64,000 nt of DNA from Vicugna vicugna (taxonomy: Eukaryota): NCBI GenBank assembly GCA_013265495.1, contig MU058824.1, positions 2,879,111-2,943,110 on the forward strand, read 5' to 3'. The notes under the pieces were generated by a model. That model was not told where the DNA came from. It saw only the letters and a program-made list of their open reading frames with translations, and ran no database searches. Both the position numbers and the translations under genes were made by a program. The stretch's first letter is position 1. Each line of letters starts with the position of its first letter. Below, in pieces: positions 25,045 to 36,214 of the stretch.

Positions 25045-26967
25045 CGCATATCCTAGAATATTTCTTGTAAAATGCTAAATAAGTAGATCTCAGGCAGTGA
25101 AGGGGCTGTATAGTTGGTGATGATGTCTGTGACTACGGGGATCATATAGTAGGTCTGTAAAATTTAACTAACTCAGAGAGCATGGCAGTCCTGTCTGCCT
25201 AGAGGGAAAGAGCAAATAGCTTGATCCTGAAGGACAATTTGCAGTCAATTCTACTGCATCATTGTGTGTGGCTGAGTGGACAGAGCACAGGCTTCAGAGT
25301 AAGACATAAGTTGGAGTCCTGGCTCTGCCACTTACCCACTGTGGCCTCAGGCAGAGGAAAAGGCCACAGCTTTCAGGCCTTCCCTGCCCAAGAGCCTCGG
25401 ACTAAGAGTTTGATCTCAACCTCCAGTCCTGGCCAAAAGAGCCACTGGCCTTGCTCCCTGCCCTAACAGGTTCCACTTTTCCTCCAAAGCCCATCTATAA
25501 TATACAGATTGCAAGTGAAGATAATTAATGATTTTGGCTATTGTCCTAATAAATCAGCACTCTCTGAAAATGTCTCAGATCTCAGTTCTTACACCTGAGG
25601 GAAAGTTATATTCTGAGACTTGACCAGCCACATGCAGAGGAGCCCTGGTTCCAGTGTCTAGGCAGAGAGCATGCCACCTCCCAGGAAAAGCTTCGTTTTG
25701 CAAACTGTGCCCCTCACTTGGCCTGTTTCCTCATTTTTGGTTAATAATCAGAGGATGATCTTAAATTGCAAAGTCGAGACTAGTGGAAATGACATAATTT
25801 TTGGTGCTTCCAGACCGGGGAACCGGCATCCAGGCCCACCTGGGTGACCATCCTCTGAGCCTCAGTTTCTCTATCTGTAAAATGAGGGTCCCGGGTTAAA
25901 TGCAGTTTTGCCAGCTCCGACAATCCTAGGCATTAAACGTTCGTCCCCGCAGCCCCTCTCCGCCAGGTTGGCAGTGAACAGGGTTAAAACCACGACTTCC
26001 TCAGAGGTGAAAAGGTGCTCAAACATTCCGACCTCCCCTTAGCTTGCCAATCCGATTGGTGCCTGGCCGGGCCCCTGCCGCCTATCCCGATCGCGTCCGT
26101 CATCTGGATTGCTAAAACACTCATTTGCATAAAGATTCCTCCGAAGATATGGCACACGGGGTTGAACCGGAGTCTTCGTCCCTTTAAGAAAAGGAGAGGG
26201 ACCCTGTCCCTAATGGGTCTCGGCACTGTATTTTCTCCTCGCGGATCACGGAGTACACTAAAAACGTCCCATGTCCCCAACAGTAGGGATCTCTTAGTGG
26301 CACACTGAGCGGGTCCCAAGGGAGGGTTTGGCCACCGCGCGCGGCAGGCTCAGGCTGGCAACTTCTCGCCCTAGGAGGCGGCGGGCTGCATGCAAGGTGG
26401 GGCCGGCTGCAACGCGGGACCCCGGCGCCCTGAGGCGCGACCCGGGGGCTGGCGCCGAGGCGGCCGCGGGAGGCTGCGCGTGCTGAAGTGGAGAGGCGCT
26501 CCCGCCCAGGACCCGGGCGCAAGACGGGCGGGGCCAGGGCCGAGGTCTGGCATCGATGCTCTTGGGAACCGGGGAGGGCGGGGCCGCGGCGAGGGGCGGG
26601 CTCTGGTGGCCCGAGTGTCACACACGCGGCGGTTCAGGAGGCGGCGGCGGCGGCAGCGGCAGGCGCCGCTGGGACGGGCACGGGCGCGCGGGCTCGAGCG
26701 GGCGCCGGCTGCCTTCCTCCGTTGCTCGCTCGCTCTCCCGTCCGCTTATTCGCCCGCCGCGGGTGCAGGCTCGCCTCAGAGCTCTGAAAGGAAGAAGGGG
26801 GGCTGGGGACGCCGACAAGTTCCCGCAGCAGCCGCGGATCCCGGCCAAGGCGGAGGTTACGGTTCCGACGGGGAAGAAGCGCGCTCCAAGGGGAGCGCAC
26901 GACTAGAGCGTCCGAGGCGGGGGGCGCCAGGGCCTTTCGCTCTCTGTGGGGCCGCGGCCGGGATCCC

Positions 26968-27090
26968 ATGAGACGCGCCCGAGAGGGGCGCGAGATCCGA
27001 AGCCGGGGCGGCGCGCGGCGGAGGCGGAGGGCGGTGCTGCAGCTGCCGGAGCCCGGGAGCGGCCGGCAGGAGGCGGCGGAGAGAACTTGA
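26968..27090 (+). other. uORF1 in the SHB leader, 40 aa (MRRAREGREIRSRGGARRRRRAVLQLPEPGSGRQEAAERT*)
   Basis: ATG at 26968, TGA at 27088-27090, out of frame with the main ATG (262 nt apart). Assumes the TSS is upstream of 26968. Confidence 0.6.
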
Positions 27091-27174
27091 ACTTGGCGTC
27101 GGGAGCGGGCGCCCCGGACGCCCCTCTCCGGGGCTGGGGCGCCGAGGGACCTGGGCGACAGCTCTGCCCCCCGA

Positions 27175-27216
27175 ATGGCCGCGGCGGCGGACCAGGCTCC
27201 CGCGCCGCGGCCCTAG
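27175..27216 (+). other. uORF2 in the SHB leader, 13 aa (MAAAADQAPAPRP*)
   Basis: cgaATGG at 27175, TAG at 27214-27216, ending 13 nt before the main ATG. Confidence 0.55.
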
Positions 27217-27229
27217 GCGGCCTCTCGCC

Positions 27230-27940
27230 ATGGCCAAGTGGCTGAACAAGTACTTCAGCTTGGGCAACAGCAAGACCAAGAGTCCTCCGCAGCCACCGCG
27301 GCCCGACTATCGCGAGCAGCGGCGCCGGGGCGAGCGGCCCTCGCAGCACCCCCAGGCCGTGCCGCAGGCCCCCGCGGCCGCCTCGGCGTCCTGCGGTACA
27401 GCAGCCGCCTCCTGCTTCTCAGCATCGTCGGGATCGCTGCCCGACGACAGCGGCAGCACGAGCGACCTCATCCGCGCCTACCGCGCACAGAAGGAGCGCG
27501 ACTTTGAGGACCCCTACAACGGGCCCGGCTCGTCGCTGCGCAAACTGCGCGCCATGTGCCGTCTGGACTACTGCGGCGGCGGGGAGCCGGCCGGGGGCCA
27601 GCGCGCCTTCTCGGCCTCGTCCGCTTCGGGCGCCGCGGGCTGCTGCTGTGCCTCCTCCGGCGCGGGCGCCGCCGCGTCTTCGTCCTCGTCCTCTGGCTCC
27701 CCGCACCTTTACCGCAGCAGCAGCGAGCGGCGGCCCGCCACGCCGGCTGAGGTGCGCTACATCTCCCCCAAGCACCGCCTGATTAAGGTGGAGAGCGCTG
27801 CGGGCGGTGCAGGAGATCCCCCGGGGGGCGCCTGCTCAGGGGGCCGCACCTGGAGCCCGACGGCCTGCGGAGGCAAGAAACTGCTCAACAAGTGTGGCGC
27901 CTCGGCTGCGGAGGAGAGCAGTGCCGGCAAGAAGGACAAG
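27230..27940 (+). CDS. SHB: SH2 domain-containing adaptor protein B, coding exon 1 (237 codons; partial CDS, continues beyond the window after intron 1)
   Basis: Translation MAKWLNKYFSLGNSKTKSPPQPPRPDYREQRRRGERPSQ...SLPDDSGSTSDLIRAYRAQKERDFEDPYNGP...EVRYISPKHRLIKVES...KKDK matches the recalled mammalian SHB N-terminus. Strong Kozak context gccATGG at 27230. Canonical donor AAG|GTAAGG at 27940/27941, phase 0 (711 nt). Lies in a CpG island. Confidence 0.96.
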
Positions 27941-28099
27941 GTAAGGCGCCCCTCCGCCTCACCCGAGTTTCCAGAGCCATTGTGCTCACGGGGAAACTGA
28001 GGCACCGCTCTGGTTCCGAGTCCCTACAACCACTTCGGGCTAGCACACTGGAGTCAGGGCTCCCACACTACTTCCCAATTCTGCCTCCATGCACACACT

Positions 28100-28129
28100 C
28101 CCCCCCGACACCCCCCCCCCCCCCCCCCC
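28100..28129. repeat. C-rich tract including C19 (G-run on the minus strand)
   Basis: C19 at 28111-28129 preceded by C7. Confidence 0.9.
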
Positions 28130-30319
28130 AGTCGGCCTCCTGTCACAGTCTCTTTCGCTGCTGCTCCTAAGACGTCCTCTCTCTGAGCCCACAGCCAGGT
28201 GTCCGCTTCGGAAGTAGCCTGACGGGAGCGACCCTCCCAGCCTTTCCCCTCAAAGAGGCAGCTAGTCCTTCAGCCCCCGAGGAGGAAAATCAGAGTCAGA
28301 GCTGTCACGGACTTAAAAGAGTGTTTACTCTTGTCCACCCCGTCTCCCCCCATCCCCGATTCTATAGATGGGAAACTGAGAGGTCCAGTGCTGGGAATGG
28401 ACTCGCCGGATATTACACACTCTTGGTGGCAGATCTGGACTGGCTGTCTCTGAACGGCTGTATGTAAATTCCTCTAAACGCCCTGCTCCACCCCCTGCGC
28501 CAGGTTTCCAGATGGGGCGGCCTTTTGTACTGGAGCTTCACCGGGAACCACACGCGTGCTTTTCCGGTTGAAATGTGCTGGTCTCCAAGACGCTCCAGTT
28601 CGACCTGTTAGTTCCTCTAGCGGCGCAGGAGAGGGGTCCCCCTACCTGGGCCAGCTGGAAGGAGAACCACCCCTCCAATCTTCACCTTACTTCTTGACCT
28701 TACCCGACCCCATACTGTCCCAGGGATGAGGGGGACTATTTTGTGCAACCCCCCTCCCTGACGAATCAGACCATCTTGATATCCCACCTTTGAAGCAGGA
28801 TAATTACAGCCAGACTGGGCCCTCTCCTTCCCTTTCACACTCCTGTGACACCCTCCCTTCTCCCATAAAATAATACTTGTTCTGTCTACTTCTGGTGGAA
28901 GGCAGTATTTTGATTACATCTGAGGCCTGGTGCCCTGTGATGGCTACCAGGCTACTGTCCCTCTTGTTCTCCCTCAAACCCCACCTTCTCCCAAAGGTAA
29001 ACTTTTGTCCAGGTGTGGACTAGGGGAGGCTGATAAGGAATCTGAGTTTCTTTTAGGACTGGATGTCCAGATAGGAGTGAAACAGGCTGTTACCTGCCAG
29101 CTGGTGCTTGGAAAGGGATTTTTTTTGTTTTCCAGATAGGAGGAGTAAGAGGACACCCCTCTTAATTTTTCTGCCTGACTTCCTCTCCTCAAGATCCCAG
29201 GTCTCCAGAGTATCCCCTCCCTGCTGGGTCTGCTGAATGCAGCATGGGCAGTCTGAGGATTCCACCTCCCCCCGGGGCCAGTTTGGGGATACATCTCAGA
29301 AGCATGGATTCTGGGCTTCCTAAGGACCCATGATGTCACCACCTAAATGATAGGGTGCTGGGAGCCTGGTGGCTATCCAGGTGCTGCCTTAAGGGCAGAG
29401 GAGATTTCTCTGGGAGCCCCCAGGATCACAGGGTTGTGGTCAATCTGTGAGGGAAAGAGCAGAGAGGCTGTATGGCCCAGGCTTGGCTAGGTGCTGGCCT
29501 GGGAAAACCTCAGGTCCCTGGAGACAGAATGTGTGAGGACGGCCCAGCCTAGCTCCCTGGAGAGATTCACTGGACTCCCTGCCTCCCCCCTGTTACTCCA
29601 TGGCCACCTCCCAGGCATTCAAATCTTTCTCTCTCCCTGCTTGTGGTCTGCCTGCTCACTAAAGTCTTCCTTTATGGCTTTCAAACTTTAGTAAACATTT
29701 TCCCTAATTATAATTAATTCTATTTCAGATACTGAGGAATGATAATTTTTATAACTGTGATGTCCAGCGTGTTGAAGACTTGGCTCCGTTCTGCCAAGTA
29801 TTTCTTACAGGTCTTCTCTGCTCTCCCCTGCTGGGTACTGGAGCAGGGTTCCTCAATGAATAGTGTGGCCCAAGCAGAAGTGTGCACCAGTGCTGTGATG
29901 GGATGGCTTACCGGGAGGTGGTCACGGAGGGCCACTATTGTGGTTGGCTGTGGAAGAGAGCCTGATGCTTTGGGGAACTGCAGGAAGGCCCTGTAGCCGG
30001 ATTTAAGAGGTTAGAGTTGGGCAGGACCCCAGAGGAGCAGGAGGGCCTGGGTCAGGGGGCACCTTACCTTGTAAGCTAAGCACCGTAAGAGCATTTAGTT
30101 GCTAAATGATGTGAGCAGATTTGGTTTTTTAAAAAAAGATCTCTGGACTGCATTTCACCTACTAGGTTGTGACTTCGAGCCCTTTGATATTTCAAGAAGT
30201 TGTTGCAATACAGACTCGATACTCAGGTCCTTGGAGTCAATACCTCCAAGGCATTTCGGCTACCAGGCGTTTTTTTCTAACAAGCAGGAGGGAAAGCTGC
30301 CAGGGAGGGTCATACTATG

Positions 30320-30490
30320 CATTGCTTCTCAAACCAGCACCTGGAGGGCTGGTTAAACCACAGATTGCAGGACCCATCCCGCACAGAGCCTGAGTCACCA
30401 CACGTGGTGTGGGGCCTGAGAATGTGCATTTCTAACAGATTTCCAGGTGATCTTTTGCCACTGATCCTGGGACCACACTTTGAGAACACT
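30320..30490. mobile_element. MER5A-like MITE
   Basis: ggggcctgagaatgtgcatttctaacagatttccaggtgat...gggaccacactttgagaac. Confidence 0.8.
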
Positions 30491-31446
30491 CATGTGACAG
30501 TGGCTTTTTAACCCTCTCTCTGAGTCTTCAGCCAGAGCTGATTTGGAATGCAGAGACTACGTCATTTCTGCCCTCCTTGTAGGGCTGCCTCCTAATCTGG
30601 GGCCAACACTCACCCCATACCCGCCCCATTCCTGTCCAGGCAGCCAAGAAACAGCCTGGTTTTCACATTATTTCCAGCCAGACAGCTTTCAGAAGGCCAG
30701 GCACATTGCAGATCCAGCCCTGAACACCCTAGAGCCCGCCTTCTGCCCCTCACCCATGGATCCAGGAAAACCCACTTCTAGCCCACTTAATCTCAGGTCC
30801 AGCTTCTCTTTATCAGTTGCTAGGGGATAGGACAAGAACCTGTAGGGCTGTTGAATGCCCCCTGTGTGTCGGGCTGTGTTTTTGACGTCGGTCTGTGTTG
30901 AGAGTTGTTGTGGCGTGGAGTAGGAGCTGTTGGTCCACCAATCCTCCTTTCAGGACCTCTGCTGCCAGCCCTATCCTCTCCTGCCTCCTTCAGTACCTGG
31001 GCTTCCCTCTGTCACACACTTAGGCAAACTCCTATTCTCCCAGGTGAGTCCCAGGGCATACACACTCCTGGTCACAATTCACTGCTTCTGGCCAGCCTCC
31101 AGTTTTTCCCTTTTAGAATCAGATGCTGGAGGGACTGTGTTTTCAATTTAAGCAACTTTTACCCAGCACTTATTTTGTGCTCAGAGATCTCTCCGTACAA
31201 GGGCGACCTAGGAGGGGAGAGAATGAAGGCTGCAGAAGACTGGGCAATAATCTCTGGCCTGAGCCTCTGGAGGAGACCAACATACATTGTCTTTCCATCA
31301 TTTGTCTCCCAGTGTTTTTGTCTTAGGAAATTTACTGAGGTCTTCACCTAGGAGGCAGCTTTGAGCTGGATTTAGAGACGGAAGTAGAATTTCAACTCAG
31401 GGGAAGGGCTGACTGCAGCCTGCAGGAGTACTGAGGTCCCAGTGTT

Positions 31447-31520
31447 GTGAGTGTACACACGTATGTGAGTGTGTGTGTATATGTATGTGTGTGGGCACGT
31501 GTGTGTGTGTACATGTGTAT
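31447..31520. repeat. Degenerate (GT)n/(RY)n tract
   Basis: Direct observation. Confidence 0.8.
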
Positions 31521-32917
31521 ACAAAACCTCAACCGGAGTGTGTTCTTGAAAATCAGAGCTTTCTTGCAGTGGGCCTCACTTGGGGAATGAGAGATGACAG
31601 TGTGAGATAGGTGGGGGCCTGAGTTTAGACCCCACAGGGGAGTCCTTGAAGACTGTTGAGCCAGGAAAGGGACAGACTCAGAACCATGGTTGAGGAGCAT
31701 CCCAGGCTGTAAAGAGCTGCTGCAATCTGGGGGAGATGGGGCTGGAGTTAGGGGGCAATTGCAATATAATCCAGGTAAGAGACAGTGAGGGCCTGAGCTC
31801 CTGGGAAGAGACAACAAAACTTCAGTAGGTAGAAATATTATTCCTTCAGGTTGTCTTTATAAAAAAATAATGATGACAAAAGAGGACAGTAACTTGGTAG
31901 GTCTCCTTTTGTGCAGCCAAACAGGTCTCATCCCGTTATATTTTCTGCTGAAGTCTTGTTTCTTTTATCATAATTAAGTAAATGTTGTTTCCACTGCAAC
32001 TGAGAAAGTCAAGATGCACCATGACATCAGTTTCCCAAGTTTTAAATACATGCTAATGTGTACTAACACTTTATATTTTGTCAGCATCCACAGTTGAGTT
32101 AAATAACATGTTTCCCAAGGAATAAATAATATCATGTCTAACCTTTTTTTTTTTTTAAAAAAAAAAAAAACACTCAGCAGACAGTCTCTGAGCAGCCTGC
32201 TAGGCAGGGGGAATTTAGAGAGAATAAGTTGTGGCCAGCTTTCCAAGAGGGAAGCGTCTCAGATTTGCAGTTGAACACCAGCTTCTCAACATCTAGTCTG
32301 GGAGACTGAGACAGTTAATAAGACAGTGTCGCATCCTGAGGCATGCCAGGACAGAGGTGTGTGCAGAGGGCTGGGAGGGCCTCAGCTCTGTCTGCAAAGT
32401 CAAGGAGGGCTTTCAGGTTGAGGTGACATTTGAGCTTTTTACGTTTAGAAGCTTATACCAAGAGAATGGTTGGAAGCCCTGAAGGATGGGAGCAGCAGGG
32501 ATTGCAGAGGGAGGTTGGAGCCACAAAAGGAAAAGAGTGTCTCATGTTCCTTTTTGGGAAGTTGTGACTTGTCTTTTTGGTCTTTTTCACATCAGCTCAT
32601 TGATGTGTGGCTTGACTGAAGCTAGGGCCAAGCATGAGCTGTCAGTCATTTCCATTTGGTTAACAACCATGGTCTCCATCCAGTTCTTAGAAAGTAATTG
32701 TCTGAAAAGGTAAGAGCCAAGCTTGGTAGCTGTGGTTTGGCTTGGGACACTTTCTCCTTTGAAGTCCTGTCCCATGAAAGTAGTGAGAGAAATGCTGCTT
32801 ATCAAATCCAGTTTTTCCCATCGATTCCCCAGAAGAGGAATATATTCTTCAGGCTTCAGGCTAATCACTTCATTGGTCATTTAATCCTCACAGTCACCTT
32901 AGAAGAGGGTTACACAC

Positions 32918-33613
32918 TGTATCAGTTAGCTATTGCTGCATAACAAATCACCCCATACTCAGTGATTTTAAACCAGGGATTAGCAAACTTTTCTTAAAAG
33001 GGCCAGATAGTAAATATTTTTAGGCTTGCAAGCCAGACTGTCTCCATCACAACTATTAAGCTCTGCCATTACAGCTTGAAAGCAGCCATATACAATATAT
33101 AAAGGTGTTCCAATAAAACTTTATTTACAAAAACAGGTTGCTGGCTTGTGGTCTGTAGTTTCCAACCCCTGCTTTAAATGATAAACCTTCATTATTGTCC
33201 ATGGACCCACATGTCAACTGAGTAGTTTTTCTGGCCTCAGCTGGGTTCACTCAGGCATCTACTGTCAGTGTAGAGTGGGTGTGTGGCTCTGCCAATCCTA
33301 GCTGGGCTCTCTTATGTGTTTGGAGGCACCTGGTTTAGGATGGCCATGGCTGTCAGTTTGGCTCTGTCTCATCTTCCAGTGGGCTAGCATTGTTCATATG
33401 AGGGTGGCAGGGCTCCAAGAAAGTAAAGAAGCCCATATAGTTTCTTGAGGTTAGAAACTGCTACACTGTCCCTTCTGTGGCATTCTGTTCACCAAAGCAA
33501 GTCACGAGGCCAGCCAGGATTCAGTGAGAAAGGAGGAGCTGCAAAGTCCCGTGGCAGAGGGCAGGGATATAGGCAGGCCATTAATTGGGGCTTTCAGTGC
33601 CATCCCTCTACCA
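32918..33613 (-). mobile_element. MLT1-family LTR carrying a nested MER58A
   Basis: tgtatcagttagctattgctgcataacaaatcacccca terminus; continues after 33179 (caagtcacgaggccagccaggattca). Confidence 0.75.
32974..33171 (+). mobile_element. MER58A-like hAT MITE
   Basis: CAGGGATTAGCAAAC...GTTTCCAACCCCTG inverted termini and a near 8-bp TSD ttttaaac/ctttaaat. Confidence 0.85.
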
Positions 33614-34153
33614 TGGGTAGTCTTATCCCCATTTTACAGATAAACCAAGGCTTAGAGGTTACGACTTGCCTAATAATCACATAGCTACCAAGTGTCAGAG
33701 CTAGGATCACACCGATGCAGTCTAAATTCAAACCCTTTATGCTTTTCATCAATTTGTTCCACTCTTTTGGACAATTTAGATGGCAATAGTAAGGCTCTGA
33801 CATTGACTGAAATGTATGTTGTGTGTCTCCTCCCCCGCTTCACTTACGGTTCCTCTTCTTGCACTCTTCTGCCCTAATTCCTCTCTCTTTCAGTCTGGGC
33901 TTTGGTGGTCCCCAAAGGGGCCCCAGAATTGGCTTTTCTCTCTCCCTCCCCTATCTGCCTCTGAGATCCATAAATGAGATGTTAATGCAGCCCTTGAGTT
34001 ATTACATAGAGAAATTCTGCACACAGAGTTGGCGCTTCCCAAGGGATAGCTGCACAGAATGTGTCTCTTGTAGCTGTCATATCTTCTCATTCTGACACCA
34101 AGCGTTCCCTCCCTCCAAGGATTGGCCAGGCTGTGTGTACTCTTTTACAGACG

Positions 34154-34182
34154 AAACAAAACAAAACAAAACAAAACAAAAC
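34154..34182. repeat. (AAAAC)n microsatellite
   Basis: Direct observation. Confidence 0.9.
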
Positions 34183-34408
34183 AGTAGTACTTTGGCCCTC
34201 GTCAACAAGAAACCTAAGTTTCCTGGAAGGAGATCAAGTGACCATCTTCTAATCTGACAATCTCAGAACATAACTGATTTCCCCAGACTTAACCCTCAAG
34301 ATCTGACCTCGTCCTCTCCCCACCCCCAAAGCATTTCTGCCGCATAAAAGAGGCATTAAAAGGCAAATCTGAAACAGGTGTGGCTTCCTCTGGTCATTTA
34401 ACCGAAGC

Positions 34409-34446
34409 TGAACTTGCCTATGGTCAATGAACTTGCCTATGGTCAA
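34409..34446. repeat. Perfect 19-bp tandem duplication (tgaacttgcctatggtcaa)x2
   Basis: Units at 34409-34427 and 34428-34446. Confidence 0.92.
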
Positions 34447-35069
34447 GCGCTCCCCTGTGCAGCTTCATTTGGCATTGACTTTCACATCTTATGCTGAAAG
34501 AGCCGAGGGGTAGTGTCCTATGGGGAAGGGATAGGTCAGGCTGGGCCCTAGAAAATAAATTGGAATTTGTGGCTTCAAAGCAGAGAGCTGGTTGCAGGCT
34601 GGCTGATGGCCTAATCTCCGCCTGCTTTCTGAGGGGAGTGTTCCTGCAGGATGGAGATGGGCTGCAGTGGTCTCTGCCACCCTGACTTTGTAACTTCTGT
34701 TTGGCTTATGTTGACTGAGGGATTGCCACATGTGGGCCACTGTCAGGAGCTGTGTGGTACAAGGATGAACCACGGGGTGGGTAGTGCTTGCCTGTAAGGA
34801 GCTTATCTTCTGGTGAGGACACAGGAACCAAGGTTAGAACACAGCTCTACATGACAGAATTTATCTATAATCAAAGTGGTTTGGGTGAGCTGAGAGCCAT
34901 CCTGGCAAAGAAGCTGTTCTGGGCAGAGCCTTGATTCCATGGGGCTACAGGAGAAGCAGGGTCAGGAGGAGATTCATTTTAACTGAGGAAAGTAGGGAAG
35001 GCTTCTCGGAGAAGGAGGCATTTGAGTAAGAAAGAGTAGTCAGTTGAAGGGGTTTTCCACAATAGCAGT

Positions 35070-35320
35070 CCTAGCCAGCACTTTCATTGCACATACTCTG
35101 AGCCAGGCACTGTTCTTTGTACTCTATATGCATTAACACATTTACTCCTCACCAGAGTCCTTTGAGGTGGATGCCACTGTCATTCCCATTTTACATATGA
35201 GAACACTGAGGCAGAGAGGTTAAGTTACTTGTCTAAGGTTACCCCTTCAGTAAGTGGCAGAGATGAGATTTGAAGCTGGATCCAGGGTCTTTGTTTTTAA
35301 CCACTGGCCATACCACCTCA
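35070..35320 (-). mobile_element. MIR SINE
   Basis: gccaggcactgttct...cccattttacatatgagaacactgaggcagagaggttaagttacttg. Confidence 0.85.
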
Positions 35321-36214
35321 GGCTGTACAATCTCGAATGTTCTCTGCCTTATTTGTGGCTAGACTTAAATTCTTTATAAAAATCCCATCTGTTAGCATTG
35401 TAGGAGCTACTGATTCCTACATTTAGGTAAGCATTCCACAGCTTAAAGGACACTTTCACACCTATAATTAATTTGATTCTCCAAGTCACTCTGTGAGGAA
35501 AGTGCTGTCACCCCCATTTTATAGATGGAAAAACTGAGGGCCCAGGAAGTGGAGCCTGCCCTGCCTCCCAGAGGTAGTGATTGAGCCAGTGGCCAGGCTG
35601 TTGACCTTGTTCTGAGCGCAGTGCCCTTTGTGCTGTGGTGGTCTGGAGGTGGCTTGGCCAAAGCTCCAGTCCACAGGAAGGGTGACAGCCTGATTGATTT
35701 CCGGTTCTTTCCATGTTTTGATTCTGAAACTCTTTACTGAGACCATTAAGGAGCATCGACTGAGGACCTTGCTTCCACAATGGAATTTTCCTTCTCTTCC
35801 TGTTTGGTATTTTCCAGTAATATTTCTATTAATGTTTCACTTTCAGAGGCACTGGCTTCCTGAGAGTTTGCGCTTTCTCAACTGCTGAGCCAGGAAGAAT
35901 TGAATTTTCCTCTAAATCATTCAGTTCCTTTCCATTTTCTCTAAGGGGAGCTCTCTCTGGATTTCCCATTATGCTGTAGAGGAAGGATCTTGGAGGTGGG
36001 TCCAAAGGATGGAGAATTAGTCAGGGCCCTGGGGAATGACTCAGGCCTCGTGTTTTCCAAGCAGAACTTAAGAGTAATGGTCAGAAAGGGGCTTCCCGAG
36101 GCTGATGAGGGGAGAAGTGACTTGACAGGTGGATTGGGGTGGTGGGGAGGTGGATACCACTGGCCAGACCCCGAGTCCTCAGCTGGGCCAAGAGAGCCCA
36201 TACCAAGTCCTTTC

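Larger units (their letters stand above)
26040..28030. promoter_or_regulatory. SHB: CpG island / SHB promoter and 5' leader
   Basis: Abrupt rise in GC and CpG density relative to the flanks. GC boxes (GGGCGG) at about 26526-26531 and 26576-26600, paired CCAAT/ATTGG at 26047-26059, octamer ATTTGCAT at 26123-26130, (GGC)5 at 26640-26654. TSS inferred at about 26.6 kb, not directly visible. Confidence 0.88.

Noticed and set aside
27941..28000. C-terminal 19 aa (VRRPSASPEF...) of the 256-aa ORF
   Set aside because: Read-through past a strong splice donor into intron 1; not part of SHB.
26184..28005. Many overlapping sense and antisense ORFs (80-193 aa) in the CpG island
   Set aside because: Expected from stop-codon scarcity in very GC-rich DNA; low-complexity Arg/Gly/Ala/Pro products with no recognisable domain.
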